From contig JBBQUR010000006.1 of assembly GCA_038212275.1 (NCBI GenBank), positions 160,001-224,000 on the forward strand: 64,000 bases of DNA, read 5' to 3'. This document shows positions 21,570 through 31,799 of the stretch, piece by piece (positions within the stretch are counted from its first letter, which is position 1; each line of letters opens with the position of its first letter). Made by a program: the position numbers and the translations under genes. The notes below the pieces were generated by a model. The model was not told the DNA's origin and made no database searches. It saw only the letters and a list, made by a program, of their open reading frames with translations. This stretch comes from Planctomycetota bacterium. GTDB lineage: Bacteria > Planctomycetota > B15-G4.

Positions 21570-23081
21570 TCACACGCCGTAGACGTCGGCCAGCCGCCCC
21601 CTGATGTGCCGCGCGAAGGCCTCGGTGTCCAGCACCTTGCCCGTCACGCGCCTGCAGATCTGCTCGGCCGTGTAGACCTGGTCGTGCCGATGGATGTTGT
21701 CGTGCAGCCAGTCGCGCAACGTGTGCAGGTCGCCCTTCGCGATGCGCTTGTCGAGGCCGCGGATCTGGGCGCGCGCCGCTTCCATGAACTGTGCGGCGTA
21801 GAGATTGCCGAGGCTGTACGTGGGGAAGTAGCCGAAGAGGCCCATGGCCCAGTGGATGTCCTGCAGGACGCCTTCGCTGTCATGGCGGGGGCGGATGCCG
21901 AGCACCTCGGCCATGCCGTCGTTCCAGCGCTGCGGCAGGTCCTTGACCGACTGCCGGCCCTCGATGAGGTCGCGCTCGATCTCGTAGCGCAGGATGATGT
22001 GCAGGTTGTAGGTGAGTTCGTCGGCCTCGACGCGGATGAACGACGGGCGCACGATGTTCGCGGCGCGCCAGATCTCGTCCACCGTCGTGCCCTTGAGCTG
22101 CGGGTGCAGCGCCACGAGCTTCGGCAGCCAGTGCACCCAGAACGGGTGGCCTCGCGCGATGAAGTTCTCCCACAGCCGCGACTGGCTCTCGTGGATGGCC
22201 ATCGAGATGGCGCCGCCCAGCGGCGAGCGGCCGCGTGCGGGATCGAGGCCTTGCTCGTAGAGGCCGTGGCCCGCCTCGTGAATGACGCCGAAGAGTCCGC
22301 CGCGCAGATCCTTCTCGTCGAAGCGGGAGGTCATGCGCACGTCGCGCGGCGCGATGCCCGTGCAGAAGGGATGCGTGGAGAGGTCGAGGCGGCCGGCCTG
22401 CAGGTCGATGCCCATCGCCTCCACGACGGCGCGCGAGAAGCTGCGCTGCGCCGCGATGTCGAAGCGCCCGACGAGCGGCGCGGTGTCGATGCGGAGCTTG
22501 CGCTTGCCGACGGCGCGCACGAGCGGCACGGTGATCGCGCGCAGCTCGTCCAGCAGCGGGTCGATGCTCGCGATGGTCGCACCGGGTTCGTAGTCGTCGA
22601 GCAGCGCGTCGTAGAGGCGGCCCTTGCCGGCCTTCAGCTTCGCGACGCGGCGCTTCAGTCCGATCATGTGCTCGAGCGCAGGGCGGAAGAGCGCCCAGTC
22701 CTTCTTGAGGCGCGCCGCGCGCCAGGTCTCCAGGCCACGGCTCTCGGCCAGCGCGAGGTCGCGCGCGAGATCGGGCGGAATGCACGTGGCCTTGTCCACC
22801 GAGCGCTTCGTGAGTTCCAGGCCGCGCCGCTGCAGGGGCGAGAGCCGCGCGCGCCCCGTGTGCAGCGTGGCGACGAGCCTGCCGAGTGCCGGGTCGGTCG
22901 TCCGCTCGTGCGCGACGGTGGCCAGCGCGGCCATGACGTGAGCGCGGCTGCCCGCGCCGGCCGGCGGCATCATGACTTCCTGGTCCCAGCCGACGAGCGA
23001 ACCCGCCGCGGAGAGGTCGCGGATCTCCGCCACGCGGCGCTCGAGTTCGGCCCAGGACTTCGGGGTGGCCTTGCGTGCCAT
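21570..23081 (-). CDS. Carboxypeptidase, peptidase family M32 (Taq-like)
   Basis: HEAGH zinc motif, HESQSRLWEN, HPFC, IRVEADELTYNLH, QDIHW, GYFPTY. Confidence 0.95.
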   Translation of the reverse strand: MARKATPKSWAELERRVAEIRDLSAAGSLVGWDQEVMMPPAGAGSRAHVMAALATVAHERTTDPALGRLVATLHTGRARLSPLQRRGLELTKRSVDKATCIPPDLARDLALAESRGLETWRAARLKKDWALFRPALEHMIGLKRRVAKLKAGKGRLYDALLDDYEPGATIASIDPLLDELRAITVPLVRAVGKRKLRIDTAPLVGRFDIAAQRSFSRAVVEAMGIDLQAGRLDLSTHPFCTGIAPRDVRMTSRFDEKDLRGGLFGVIHEAGHGLYEQGLDPARGRSPLGGAISMAIHESQSRLWENFIARGHPFWVHWLPKLVALHPQLKGTTVDEIWRAANIVRPSFIRVEADELTYNLHIILRYEIERDLIEGRQSVKDLPQRWNDGMAEVLGIRPRHDSEGVLQDIHWAMGLFGYFPTYSLGNLYAAQFMEAARAQIRGLDKRIAKGDLHTLRDWLHDNIHRHDQVYTAEQICRRVTGKVLDTEAFARHIRGRLADVYGV

Positions 23082-23358
23082 GAGTGGTCTCCGTGCGGTC
23101 GGTGCGGTTCGCGTTGCTTGTTGTGCGGCCGTTGCAGCCGGTGCGGCTTGCGCGGCCGGTGCGGTGGGCGTGATGGGAGCCGTTGCGCGGCGGGTGCGAC
23201 GTCGCGGCTTCCACCGGGACGCGAGGCGCCATCATGCCCCGCCGGTGCGGACCATCAAGCGCTCGCGTCGGCGAAGCGGGGCCGAAAGCATGGCGAGCCT
23301 CGCGGCTGCCGCGCTAGCATTCCCGCGATGCCGCACCACGATGGTCAGGAGATCCGGG

Positions 23359-24009
23359 ATGTCCTCTGAAGCCACGCTCGTGACCGCTCGCCATTTCGAG
23401 TATCTGGCCGCTCGCACCGCGCCCGAGGGCGAGTTCCTCGGGCAGCTGAAGGCGGCGGCGAGCGCGGCCGGCATCCCGTCCATCTGGATCTCGCCCGCGC
23501 AGGCCAGCCTCATGCAGATCCTGCTGAAGCTCCAGCGCGCGCGCACCGTGCTGGAGGTGGGCACGCTGGCCGGCTACTCGGCCATCGCGATGGCGCGCGC
23601 CCTGCCGCCCGACGGCCACGTGCACACCATCGAGCTCTCCGACAAGCATGCGGACTTCGCGCAGGCCTGGGTGGCGCGCTCGGACGTGGCGGGGCGGGTG
23701 ACGGTCCATCGCGGCGCCGGCCTCGCCGTGCTGCCGCAGTTCGACGCGGACTCCGCCGACGCCGCTTTCCTCGATGCGGACAAGGGCAACTATCCCGGCT
23801 ACCTGCAGCACGCCCTGCGCATCGTGCGCAGCGGCGGGCTCATCATGGTGGACAACGCCTTCGCCTTCGGTCAGCTGCTCGACGAGCACCCGACCGACCG
23901 CGAGGTCGGCGCGGTGCGCGCCTTCAACGAGATCATGGCCGCCGAGAAGCGCGTGCAGGCCGTCATCGTGCCCATCGGCGACGGCCTCTGGGTGGGCGTC
24001 AAGCGCTGA
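23359..24009 (+). CDS. SAM-dependent O-methyltransferase (Methyltransf_3 / CCoAOMT-like)
   Basis: LEVGTLAGYS, FLDADKGNY, GGLIMVDN, PIGDGL; AGGAGA RBS before ATG 23359. Confidence 0.9.
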   Translation: MSSEATLVTARHFEYLAARTAPEGEFLGQLKAAASAAGIPSIWISPAQASLMQILLKLQRARTVLEVGTLAGYSAIAMARALPPDGHVHTIELSDKHADFAQAWVARSDVAGRVTVHRGAGLAVLPQFDADSADAAFLDADKGNYPGYLQHALRIVRSGGLIMVDNAFAFGQLLDEHPTDREVGAVRAFNEIMAAEKRVQAVIVPIGDGLWVGVKR

Positions 24010-25528
24010 CGGTGCGGCGCGGGCCGTCGGTCCCGGCGCGCGGCGTGTCGGCTCGCGTGTTCAGCGCCACGGCGAGCAGCAGCGCCGAGGGCAGCAGCTG
24101 CAGCAGCAGCCGGTCCCAGGCGTGCGCCATCCAGTTGTCGAGGCCGGCCTTCTGGATCTCCAGCAGCATGACACCCAGGAGCACCGCGCAGAACTGACCG
24201 ACGAGCACCGCCGCCAGGGCGAGCCGGGCCAGGCTTCTCCGGTCGGCACGCACGTGGCGCATCATGCCGACGGCGCATGCCAGCAGCACGAACGGGCCCG
24301 TGACGCCCCAGAGCTCGATCTGCTTCAGGCTGTGCCACCAGCCGGCCGCCATCGCCGGCACGACCTCGGGAAGTCGCGCGAGTTGTCCGGGCGTCGGCGG
24401 TCGGATGTAGACCTGTGGCACGAAGGTCGCGGCAAGCGCCTTCCACGCGAGCAGCACGACGACCGGCAGGGCCAGCCAGGCGAGCGCGAGCCACGGCGGG
24501 CGGACACGGGCACCGGCATCCTCCGGGTGGGAGCCGGCGCTGCCGCGCGACCAGCCGAGCAGCAGTGCGCAGAGGCCGAGCGGCACGAGCAAGGAGCACC
24601 ACACGGCGCCCTCGTTCTTCATCAGCGTGGCGCTTGCGGCGGCGATCATGGCGGCGAGCACATCCGCCGGCGCGCGCGTCCTCAACGCGCGCAGCAGGAA
24701 GCCGAGGCTCGCGGCGAACTGCAGCCCGAGCGGAAAATCCACGTAGGTGGTGCCGGGCGAGCCGGGCACGGTGGCGGCGGCCATGACCGGCGTCCAGAGC
24801 AGCAGGCCCAGCGCGAGCAGCGCCGTCGTGCGGCCCGCCGCGTCGCGCAGCAGCGAGTAGAGCAGCATCAGTCCGGCGCAGAGGAAAAACAGGTAGCCGG
24901 GCTTGGCGGCGTGGTCGTCCTCGGAGCCGAGCACGCTGTACTGAGCGAAGGCCAGCAGCGGGCGGTAGAGCGGATAGTCCGGATTGGCGTGGATGCGGCG
25001 CGCGTCGGCGAAGACCTCGCTGAAGCGCCCGCCGTGGCTGGTGTCGAGCCGCGCGCCGTCGAACAACCACGCAGCCTTGGCGTTCCAGAAGGCCACGCTG
25101 TCGTAGCTGACATCCGGCAGGCCGACGAGTTGCACGGCGATGAGCAGCAGCGGCGGCAGCAGCAGGCACGCGAGCAGCGCAACGAGCCGGCGCCGTGACA
25201 CGGAGCGGGTCGCGATGGTCGCGATGGTCGCGCCGCGTGCCGCGGCGTGCGCGCGGTGCCAGCGCAGCAGTCCTGCGGGCAGCACGGCGAGTCCGGCGAT
25301 CACGAGAGCCCACACGGCGGGCGTCGTCGGCAGGGCGGGGCCCCAGGTCAGCATGACCCCGTGAAGGGCAAGCACGGCCAGCAGGGCGCCCGCGAAGTAT
25401 GCGGCGGGGAGCGCAAGCAGCGGCGGCCAGTCACGCACGCCACGGACGCGGCCGAGCAGCAGCAGGCCAAGGCCGAGCCAGCTCAAGTGCAGGGCGAGGA
25501 GCGGCAGCCATGCGCTGAGGAGGCTCAT
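23999..25528 (-). CDS. Multi-pass membrane protein, probable GT-C fold (ArnT/PMT-like) glycosyltransferase
   Basis: More than 10 hydrophobic segments; loop motifs YDSVAFWNAKA, HANPDYPL, YVDFPLG, LMKNEG. Confidence 0.65.
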   Translation of the reverse strand: MSLLSAWLPLLALHLSWLGLGLLLLGRVRGVRDWPPLLALPAAYFAGALLAVLALHGVMLTWGPALPTTPAVWALVIAGLAVLPAGLLRWHRAHAAARGATIATIATRSVSRRRLVALLACLLLPPLLLIAVQLVGLPDVSYDSVAFWNAKAAWLFDGARLDTSHGGRFSEVFADARRIHANPDYPLYRPLLAFAQYSVLGSEDDHAAKPGYLFFLCAGLMLLYSLLRDAAGRTTALLALGLLLWTPVMAAATVPGSPGTTYVDFPLGLQFAASLGFLLRALRTRAPADVLAAMIAAASATLMKNEGAVWCSLLVPLGLCALLLGWSRGSAGSHPEDAGARVRPPWLALAWLALPVVVLLAWKALAATFVPQVYIRPPTPGQLARLPEVVPAMAAGWWHSLKQIELWGVTGPFVLLACAVGMMRHVRADRRSLARLALAAVLVGQFCAVLLGVMLLEIQKAGLDNWMAHAWDRLLLQLLPSALLLAVALNTRADTPRAGTDGPRRTVSA

Positions 25529-25962
25529 TTCGACTCGCTGCCGCCGGGCACGAGCGTCCAGCCGAGCGGATCGCCGTTGGTGAGCGTCAGCAGGTGGAAG
25601 GACTGCTGCTGCGCCGTCAGCTCCGCGCGCAGGGCGTCGCTGTCCGCGAAGACTCGGCGCCCCGGAAAGCGCGCAGCGACGAACGGCGTCGGCACGCCGT
25701 GGGTGGAGAGCAGGATCGCGTCGTCCGCGGGCAGCGCTTCGATGGCGGTGTACACGGGCAGCAGCCGCGCGTACCAGCCATCGTGTTCGCGGCGCAGCGT
25801 CTCGCTGTCATGCGCGGCGACGTCGGCAACGAGCGTCGTGAGCGCGGGGAACAGCGCCGTCGGGCCCGGCCGCAGCGCGATCACGATGCTGGCGAGCAGC
25901 CCGAGGCCGAGCGCCGCGACGAGCGCCGGATGCGGAGGGGGTGTCGGAGCGCGTGGCGGCAC
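25525..25962 (-). CDS. Small hypothetical membrane-anchored protein
   Basis: GTG start inferred; hydrophobic segment ALVAALGLGLLASIVIAL; stop overlaps the next ATG. Confidence 0.6.
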   Translation of the reverse strand: MPPRAPTPPPHPALVAALGLGLLASIVIALRPGPTALFPALTTLVADVAAHDSETLRREHDGWYARLLPVYTAIEALPADDAILLSTHGVPTPFVAARFPGRRVFADSDALRAELTAQQQSFHLLTLTNGDPLGWTLVPGGSESK

Positions 25963-26036
25963 GCCGCGATCTTCGCTTCCCGCGGCCGTCGTTGCACGAG
26001 GGCGGCCCCGTGCGGCGGGCCTGCCCGAGCCCCGCG

Positions 26037-27884
26037 TCAGGGCGTGATGGTCGTGGTGCTGACCCCGGAGGCGCCGGTGAAGCCGCCGTGGAAAGTGACC
26101 ACCTGCGAGTGGAACACGACGCCGACCGCGCTGGCCGGCACCCAGATCGGCAGCGACCCCAGGCCGCGTCCATCGAGGCTGCCGCTCGAGAGCATCACGA
26201 AGTGCTGCAGGATGTCCCAGCCATTCCACGGGAGGGTCGAGTCGTCGAGCGCGATGAGCAGCGCCCATGACTGCTGGCTGCCGCCGCCGAAGCTCCAGTG
26301 CGCCGAGGCAGCTCCGGGAATGTCGGTCGGGATGTCGAGCCGGGGCGGGGCCGTCTCGATCCACGTGATCGCGGCGCTGTCGCTCGTGCCGCCCGGGCCC
26401 GTGAGCGTGAGCGTGCCGGGGCCGAGCGCGGGGGCGTCCGGCAGCGTGACGAGGAGGTTCTGTTCGTCCGCGGCGGAGAAGGCCAGCGCCGGCACGCCGC
26501 CCGCACTCACGGCGGACACGGCGGACATCCCGCTGCCTGTGATGGCGAGCGTGGCGCCATGGAAAGCTTCCACGCCGGCGGGTGCGAGGGCGCTGATCTC
26601 GGGAGCGAGCGGCGGCACGAGCGCGTTCAGCGCGGCCGCCATGTCGATGCGCCCGTGCGCGACCCAGGTCCCGACGTCCACGGCGCTGCTTTCCAGCGCG
26701 GCCCGCACGAGCAGGGCGCTGCTCGGATTGCGCGTGCCGCCGAGCCGCGCGTAGAGCAGGTCCGCGGCGCCCGCCACGAGCGGGCAGGCCATCGACGTGC
26801 CGTTCATCGTCGTGTAGCCGCCGTCCTTGTACGTGGAGTAAATGGTCTGGCCCGGCGCGGCCACGTCCACCCAGCTTCCGTAGTTGGAGAAGGATGCACG
26901 GCTGTCCGAACTGGTGGACGCCGCGACGGCGATCACGAAGTCATGCGCGGCCGGATAGAACTTCGTGGCCACGCCGTCGTTGCCGGCCGCCGCGACGAGC
27001 ACGCAGCCCGCATCGCGCGCCGCCTGCAGCGAGGTGCGGATGGCGGGATCGTTGTAATTGCTGCCCCACGACATCGAGAGCACGAGCGCGCCCCGCGCGA
27101 CGGCGTCGTCGATGGCGGCGACGAGAGCGCTCGTCGGGAAGCTGCTGTTGCCGCAGCGGTAGCTCGCGAAGCGGCCGGCCCAGGCCGCGCCGGCGACGCC
27201 CACGCCGTTGTCCGTCTCCGCGGCCGCGATGCCGCAGCAGTGCGTGCCGTGGCCGTAGCTGTCCGTGGGATCGTTGTCGCCGGCGTAGGTGTCGAGGCCC
27301 CACGCGTAGTGGCCATCGAGGTCCGGGTGCGTGGTGTCCACGCCCGAATCGATGACGGCGACGACGGCGGCCGGGTCGCCCGTGTAGATGGCCCAGGCCT
27401 CGGGAGCGCGGACCTTCGAGAGGTTCCACTGGCTGCTCCACTTCGGGTCGGCCGGCACGGCGCCGGGGACGACGGCCGGCAGCGCGACGACGGGCCGGTG
27501 CAGCACGTTGGGCTGGGCGAAGCTCACGTCGGCCGTCGCCTGGTAGCGCGCGATGAAGGTGTCGAGGTCCGAGCCGGCAGGCAGCGCGACGCGCGCGAGC
27601 GACGCACTCACGGCGCCGAGCCGCTGGCAGCCCAGCGCGGTGTGGCGCGCCTGCTGCTGCGCGGCCGGCGTGCCGGGCTGGAACTGCACCAGCAGCTCGC
27701 CCGCCACGACCTGCTGGCCGCGCCACGTGGCGCTGGCGAGGTTCGGATCCGGGCGGTTCTGCGCGGAGAGCATCGCCGTGCAGCCGAGCTGCAGCGCACA
27801 GGCGATCAGCACCCGCAGGAGGCGTCGCACGGCGGGAGGGTTCGGCGGAGGCGAGGGCTGGCACATCGGGACGGACTCCGGCAT
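26037..27884 (-). CDS. Exported S8 (subtilisin/thermitase-like) serine protease with Ig-like/IPT region and C-terminal domain
   Basis: Catalytic VIDSG, GHGTH, GTSMA; AAAGN oxyanion; signal peptide and propeptide; exact start uncertain. Confidence 0.93.
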   Translation of the reverse strand: MPESVPMCQPSPPPNPPAVRRLLRVLIACALQLGCTAMLSAQNRPDPNLASATWRGQQVVAGELLVQFQPGTPAAQQQARHTALGCQRLGAVSASLARVALPAGSDLDTFIARYQATADVSFAQPNVLHRPVVALPAVVPGAVPADPKWSSQWNLSKVRAPEAWAIYTGDPAAVVAVIDSGVDTTHPDLDGHYAWGLDTYAGDNDPTDSYGHGTHCCGIAAAETDNGVGVAGAAWAGRFASYRCGNSSFPTSALVAAIDDAVARGALVLSMSWGSNYNDPAIRTSLQAARDAGCVLVAAAGNDGVATKFYPAAHDFVIAVAASTSSDSRASFSNYGSWVDVAAPGQTIYSTYKDGGYTTMNGTSMACPLVAGAADLLYARLGGTRNPSSALLVRAALESSAVDVGTWVAHGRIDMAAALNALVPPLAPEISALAPAGVEAFHGATLAITGSGMSAVSAVSAGGVPALAFSAADEQNLLVTLPDAPALGPGTLTLTGPGGTSDSAAITWIETAPPRLDIPTDIPGAASAHWSFGGGSQQSWALLIALDDSTLPWNGWDILQHFVMLSSGSLDGRGLGSLPIWVPASAVGVVFHSQVVTFHGGFTGASGVSTTTITP

Positions 27885-27944
27885 CGGGCGGATGTCCCGT
27901 TCTTCGGCACGCTCGCGTCGTGCCCTGAGCTCAATCGCGGCGAT

Positions 27945-28676
27945 TCAGTCGGCGGGGCGGCCTGCGGGGCCCGCGCCGGACTTGCCGCCGAGGCCGGCCG
28001 CGGCGGCCTGCGCGCGCTGCTGGGCGCGCCGGTGGCGGATGACCACGCCTTCGACGAGGAAGACGACGTCCTCCGCGATGTTGGTGGTCTGGTCGGCCAT
28101 GCGCTCGAGCTGCCGGCTGGCGGAGAGCAGGTCCACGCAGCGCTCGACGCTGGCCGGCGCGCTCTGCATGCGCGCCTGCAGCGCCGCGAAATTCTCCCGG
28201 TGGATCTCGTTGACCTGCCGGTCGCGCGCGCAGACGTCGCGCGCCAGCTCGGAGTTGCGCGAGACGAGCGCGTCGAGCGCGTCGTGCAGCATGACGCGCA
28301 CGACCTCGGTCATGCGTTCGAACTGCAGCGGGAGGTCGAGCGGGTCGTGCGCCGCGAGGTCCAGGGCGCGCTCGGCCATGTTGCAGGCGAGATCGCCGAT
28401 GCGCTCGAGGTCGTTGTTGATCTTGAGCACGGCCGTGATGTAGCGGAGATCGGAGGCGACGGGCTGGTGCAGGGCGAGGATGCGCAGGCACTCCTCGTCC
28501 ACGTCCAGCTCGACCATGTCGATCGAGTCGTCGGCTTCGAGCACGCGGCGCGCGAGATCGACGCGGCGCTGCGTGAGCGCGGTGGTCGCGTTGCGCGTCG
28601 CTTCCTCGACCATGCCGCCCATGCGCAGGATGCGCTGACGCAGCAGCTGCAGGTCGTCGTCGAGGGACTTGGTCAC
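27945..28676 (-). CDS. phoU: Phosphate signalling/transport regulator PhoU
   Basis: LALHQPVASDLR, DLERIGDLACNMA, LERMADQTTNIAEDV; GTG overlaps phoR stop. Confidence 0.95.
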   Translation of the reverse strand: MTKSLDDDLQLLRQRILRMGGMVEEATRNATTALTQRRVDLARRVLEADDSIDMVELDVDEECLRILALHQPVASDLRYITAVLKINNDLERIGDLACNMAERALDLAAHDPLDLPLQFERMTEVVRVMLHDALDALVSRNSELARDVCARDRQVNEIHRENFAALQARMQSAPASVERCVDLLSASRQLERMADQTTNIAEDVVFLVEGVVIRHRRAQQRAQAAAAGLGGKSGAGPAGRPAD

Positions 28677-30628
28677 GGGGACTCGGTGGGTGACGCCCGG
28701 GTGGCGGGCGCTCCTGGTGCGGGCGCCGACTTCGTTCGAGGCCCGGTCGCGGGCGCCAAGGTAGCCGGGCCGGAGGGCAAGGCCAAGCCTGCTGCCTGCG
28801 GGGCACCGGGCGCCGCCCCGGCGGTCCGCAGCGGAATGGTGATGCGGAAGCTGCTGCCCCGTCCGAGGGTGCTCTGGACCGAGGCCCGGCCGCCGTGGGC
28901 GCGCGCGACGTGGCGCACGATGGAAAGCCCGAGTCCGGTGCCGCCCAGCTCGCGCGAGCGGTTCTTGTCCACCCGGTAGAAGCGCTCGAAGATGCGCTCG
29001 GTCTCGTGGGCGGGGATGCCGGGGCCGGTGTCGGAGACCTCCACCCAGGCCTCGCCACCCGGGCTGCCTTCCGCGCCGGACGGAGCCGTGGTGCCCAGCT
29101 CGAGGCGCACGCGGCTGTCTTCCGGCGAGTACTTGATGGCGTTGTCGAGCAGGTTGGTGATCGCCGTGGCCAGGGCAGTGCGGTCGCCGAGCACCGGCAC
29201 CTCCGTGCCGGGCAGGCCGGCCTGCAGCTGGATGCGGCGCAGCGCGGCGGCGGAGGATGCGTCCTCGTGGCACGAGGCGGCGATCTCGCGCAGGTCGAGC
29301 GGCTGGAGCTGCAGTGCGCCGTCCTCGGCCTCGATGCGAGCCAGCGAGAGCAGGTCGCTCACGATGGCGACCATGCGGTCGGTGTTCTCCCGCGCACGCT
29401 GCAGGAAGCGCGTGCGCGTGGCGGGCACCATGTCGGGTTCGTCGAGCACGGCTTCGACGAAGCCGCGCATGGAGGTGAGCGGCGTCTTCAGTTCGTGGCT
29501 CACGTTGGTCACGAAGTCGCGGCGCACGAGTTCGAGGCGGCGCACCTCCGTCAGGTCCTGCAGCACGAGGACGCAGCCCCACGGGCCGTGGTCGTCGGCG
29601 AGGGGCGAGGCGGTGAGGCGCAACACGCGGTCGTGGTTGTCGCCGACGAGGAGCGCCTCGCCCGTCGCGATGCGCCCCTGCGCAAGACAGCGCGCGATGA
29701 CGTCGACGATCTCGAGCGTGCGCGTGACCTCCCACACCGGGCGCCCGCGCGCCTGGCCGGGCGGCACCTCAAGGATGGTTGCCGCCGCGGCGTTCAGGAG
29801 GACGATGCGCTGGCTGGCGTCCGTGGCGAGCACGCCTTCGGTCATCGAGGAGAGCACTGCGAGCAGCTCCGTCTGGTCGCGAAGGATGCGCTGGAAACGC
29901 TCGTCGAGGCGGTCGGCCATGATGTTGACCGCCGATGCGAGGCCCGAGAGCTCGCCCTGGCCGGAGACGGGCAGGCGTTCAGCAGTCTCGCCGCGCGCCA
30001 CGCCGTCCACGAAGGTCGTGATGCGCTGCATCGGCCGGTTCACGCCGCGCGCCAGGATGAGAGCGGCCAGCGCTCCGAGCGCCAGCGCCACGCCCGCCGA
30101 GAGCAGCAGCGCGGAGCGCAGGCTTGCGTGCTCCGCGGCGAGGTCGTCCGCCGGGATGGCCACGCGCGCGTAGCCGAGCAGCGAGCCGTCGGCGCTCTCG
30201 ATGGGGAGAGCGTCGTAGAGCATGTCGACGCCGAGCGTGCGGCTCCAGCGCAGCACGGGTTCGTGCGGACAGCGCGCCGCGAGGATCTCCGGACGGGTGG
30301 CGTGGTTGTCCATGTCCTGCGCGCGTTCGTGCGTGTCGGCCACGACCGTGCCGTCGGGGAGCACGATGGTGAAGCGCCGGCCGGGAGCGAGCGACGCGGC
30401 ACGGGAGAGCAGGTCGGGCAGCTCGACGCCGAGCTGCGCCGGGCTGTCGCCGCGTTCGAGCGGAGCGCGGCACGCGGCGGCCAGCAGCGCCGCGTGACCC
30501 GCCAGCTCGCGCCGCGTGGCGGAGGCGCCGAGTTCGGTCAGCTGATCGAATGCCAGCGTGCCCATGACGGCCAGCGCGACGGCGGCAGCGAGCGCGATCG
30601 CGGCGAAGACCTTCCAGAAACCCGTCAT
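28673..30628 (-). CDS. phoR: Phosphate regulon sensor histidine kinase (HAMP-PAS-HisKA-HATPase)
   Basis: DFVTNVSHELKTPLT, NLLDNAIKY, DTGPGI, FERFYRVDKNRSRELGGTGLGL; between phoB and phoU. Confidence 0.93.
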   Translation of the reverse strand: MTGFWKVFAAIALAAAVALAVMGTLAFDQLTELGASATRRELAGHAALLAAACRAPLERGDSPAQLGVELPDLLSRAASLAPGRRFTIVLPDGTVVADTHERAQDMDNHATRPEILAARCPHEPVLRWSRTLGVDMLYDALPIESADGSLLGYARVAIPADDLAAEHASLRSALLLSAGVALALGALAALILARGVNRPMQRITTFVDGVARGETAERLPVSGQGELSGLASAVNIMADRLDERFQRILRDQTELLAVLSSMTEGVLATDASQRIVLLNAAAATILEVPPGQARGRPVWEVTRTLEIVDVIARCLAQGRIATGEALLVGDNHDRVLRLTASPLADDHGPWGCVLVLQDLTEVRRLELVRRDFVTNVSHELKTPLTSMRGFVEAVLDEPDMVPATRTRFLQRARENTDRMVAIVSDLLSLARIEAEDGALQLQPLDLREIAASCHEDASSAAALRRIQLQAGLPGTEVPVLGDRTALATAITNLLDNAIKYSPEDSRVRLELGTTAPSGAEGSPGGEAWVEVSDTGPGIPAHETERIFERFYRVDKNRSRELGGTGLGLSIVRHVARAHGGRASVQSTLGRGSSFRITIPLRTAGAAPGAPQAAGLALPSGPATLAPATGPRTKSAPAPGAPATRASPTESP

Positions 30629-30739
30629 CGTCGTGGCTGCTCGGTGGGGCGACGGGCGTCGCCCGAGGTCTGATGAACGAGGCGTTTCGAAAGGGAGCCG
30701 TCGCGGGTCAACTGTCGTCGCGGGCCCGATGCGGCCGGA

Positions 30740-31441
30740 TCAGCTCGGCGCCTCGGCGAAACGATAACCGATCGCACGCACCGTCTCGATGAGGTGGCGC
30801 TGCGGCCCGAGTTTCTTGCGGATCGTGCGCACGTGCACGTCGATGTTCCGCTCCATGACCATGGAGTTGGGTCCCATGGATGCGGTCAGGATCTGGTCGC
30901 GCGTGAACACGCGGCCGGGGCGCGATGCGAGGTAGTGCAGGATGCGGAATTCCGTGGCGGTCATGGGCACTTCCGCCTCGCCCAGCGTGACGCGATGGCG
31001 CACCGGGTCGATGCGCAGAGCGCCGACGACGAGGGCTCGCTTGTCGTCCGGGCCGCGGGCCTCCTCGCGCGTGCGGCGCAGCACGGCGCGCACCCGGGCC
31101 AGCAGCTCGTTGGGCTTGAACGGCTTGGCGATGTAGTCGTCGGCTCCGAGACCGAGCCCCAGCACGACATCGCTCTCCTCACCCTTGGCCGAGACCATGA
31201 TGATGGCCGCACCGGCGGCGGCGCCGTCGGCGCGCAGGCGGCGGCAGACCTCGAGGCCGTCCATGCCGGGCAGCATGAGGTCGAGCAGCACGAGGTCGGG
31301 CACGACGCGTCGCGCCGCGGCAAGCGCAGCCTGCCCGTCGGCAGCCGTCGCGACGTCGTAACCGTCGCGCGTGAGGCTGTAGTTCAGCAGCTCGAGGATG
31401 TCGGGCTCGTCGTCGACGATGAGGATCTTGCTTCGGCTCAT
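30740..31441 (-). CDS. phoB: OmpR/PhoB-family response regulator
   Basis: ILIVDDE, LLDLMLPGMDG, GADDYIAKPF, ETVRAIGYRF; context. Confidence 0.9.
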   Translation of the reverse strand: MSRSKILIVDDEPDILELLNYSLTRDGYDVATAADGQAALAAARRVVPDLVLLDLMLPGMDGLEVCRRLRADGAAAGAAIIMVSAKGEESDVVLGLGLGADDYIAKPFKPNELLARVRAVLRRTREEARGPDDKRALVVGALRIDPVRHRVTLGEAEVPMTATEFRILHYLASRPGRVFTRDQILTASMGPNSMVMERNIDVHVRTIRKKLGPQRHLIETVRAIGYRFAEAPS

Positions 31442-31669
31442 GGGTTTCAGATTGCCCGTGCCCTGTCAAGAAAGCATGAAGGTTCATCGGGCGGAAGCGC
31501 GCGGGCTTGCCGAGTGCGGTGCCCGCCACGCCGCGCTCGCGTCGTACATGCAATCTTTACACATCAGGACACGGCGGCGCACGCACGTGACTTGATCGCG
31601 ACTCCGCCTCGCCGGCATGCTCTGCCGCCGTTGGAGCTTGGTGGGTCGCCCGGTTGCCGTGTTCCTTCG

Positions 31670-31745
31670 CCACGATGAATGCGCCATGAGGCCGCGTGAA
31701 GATCGAGAGAAATTTGCTCGTGACGATCACGCGATCTTCATATGA
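31670..31745. promoter_or_regulatory. Candidate Pho boxes in the phoB / porin divergent promoter
   Basis: TCAY half-sites at 10-11 bp spacing: minus strand at about 31675, 31686, 31696; plus strand TCAC 31727 and TCAT 31738; also CTGTCAA near 31463. Confidence 0.4.
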
Positions 31746-31799
31746 GGCGGTTTTCATCGTGCCCATCCCTTCACAGGCACCTCCGGAGACCTCGGATCC

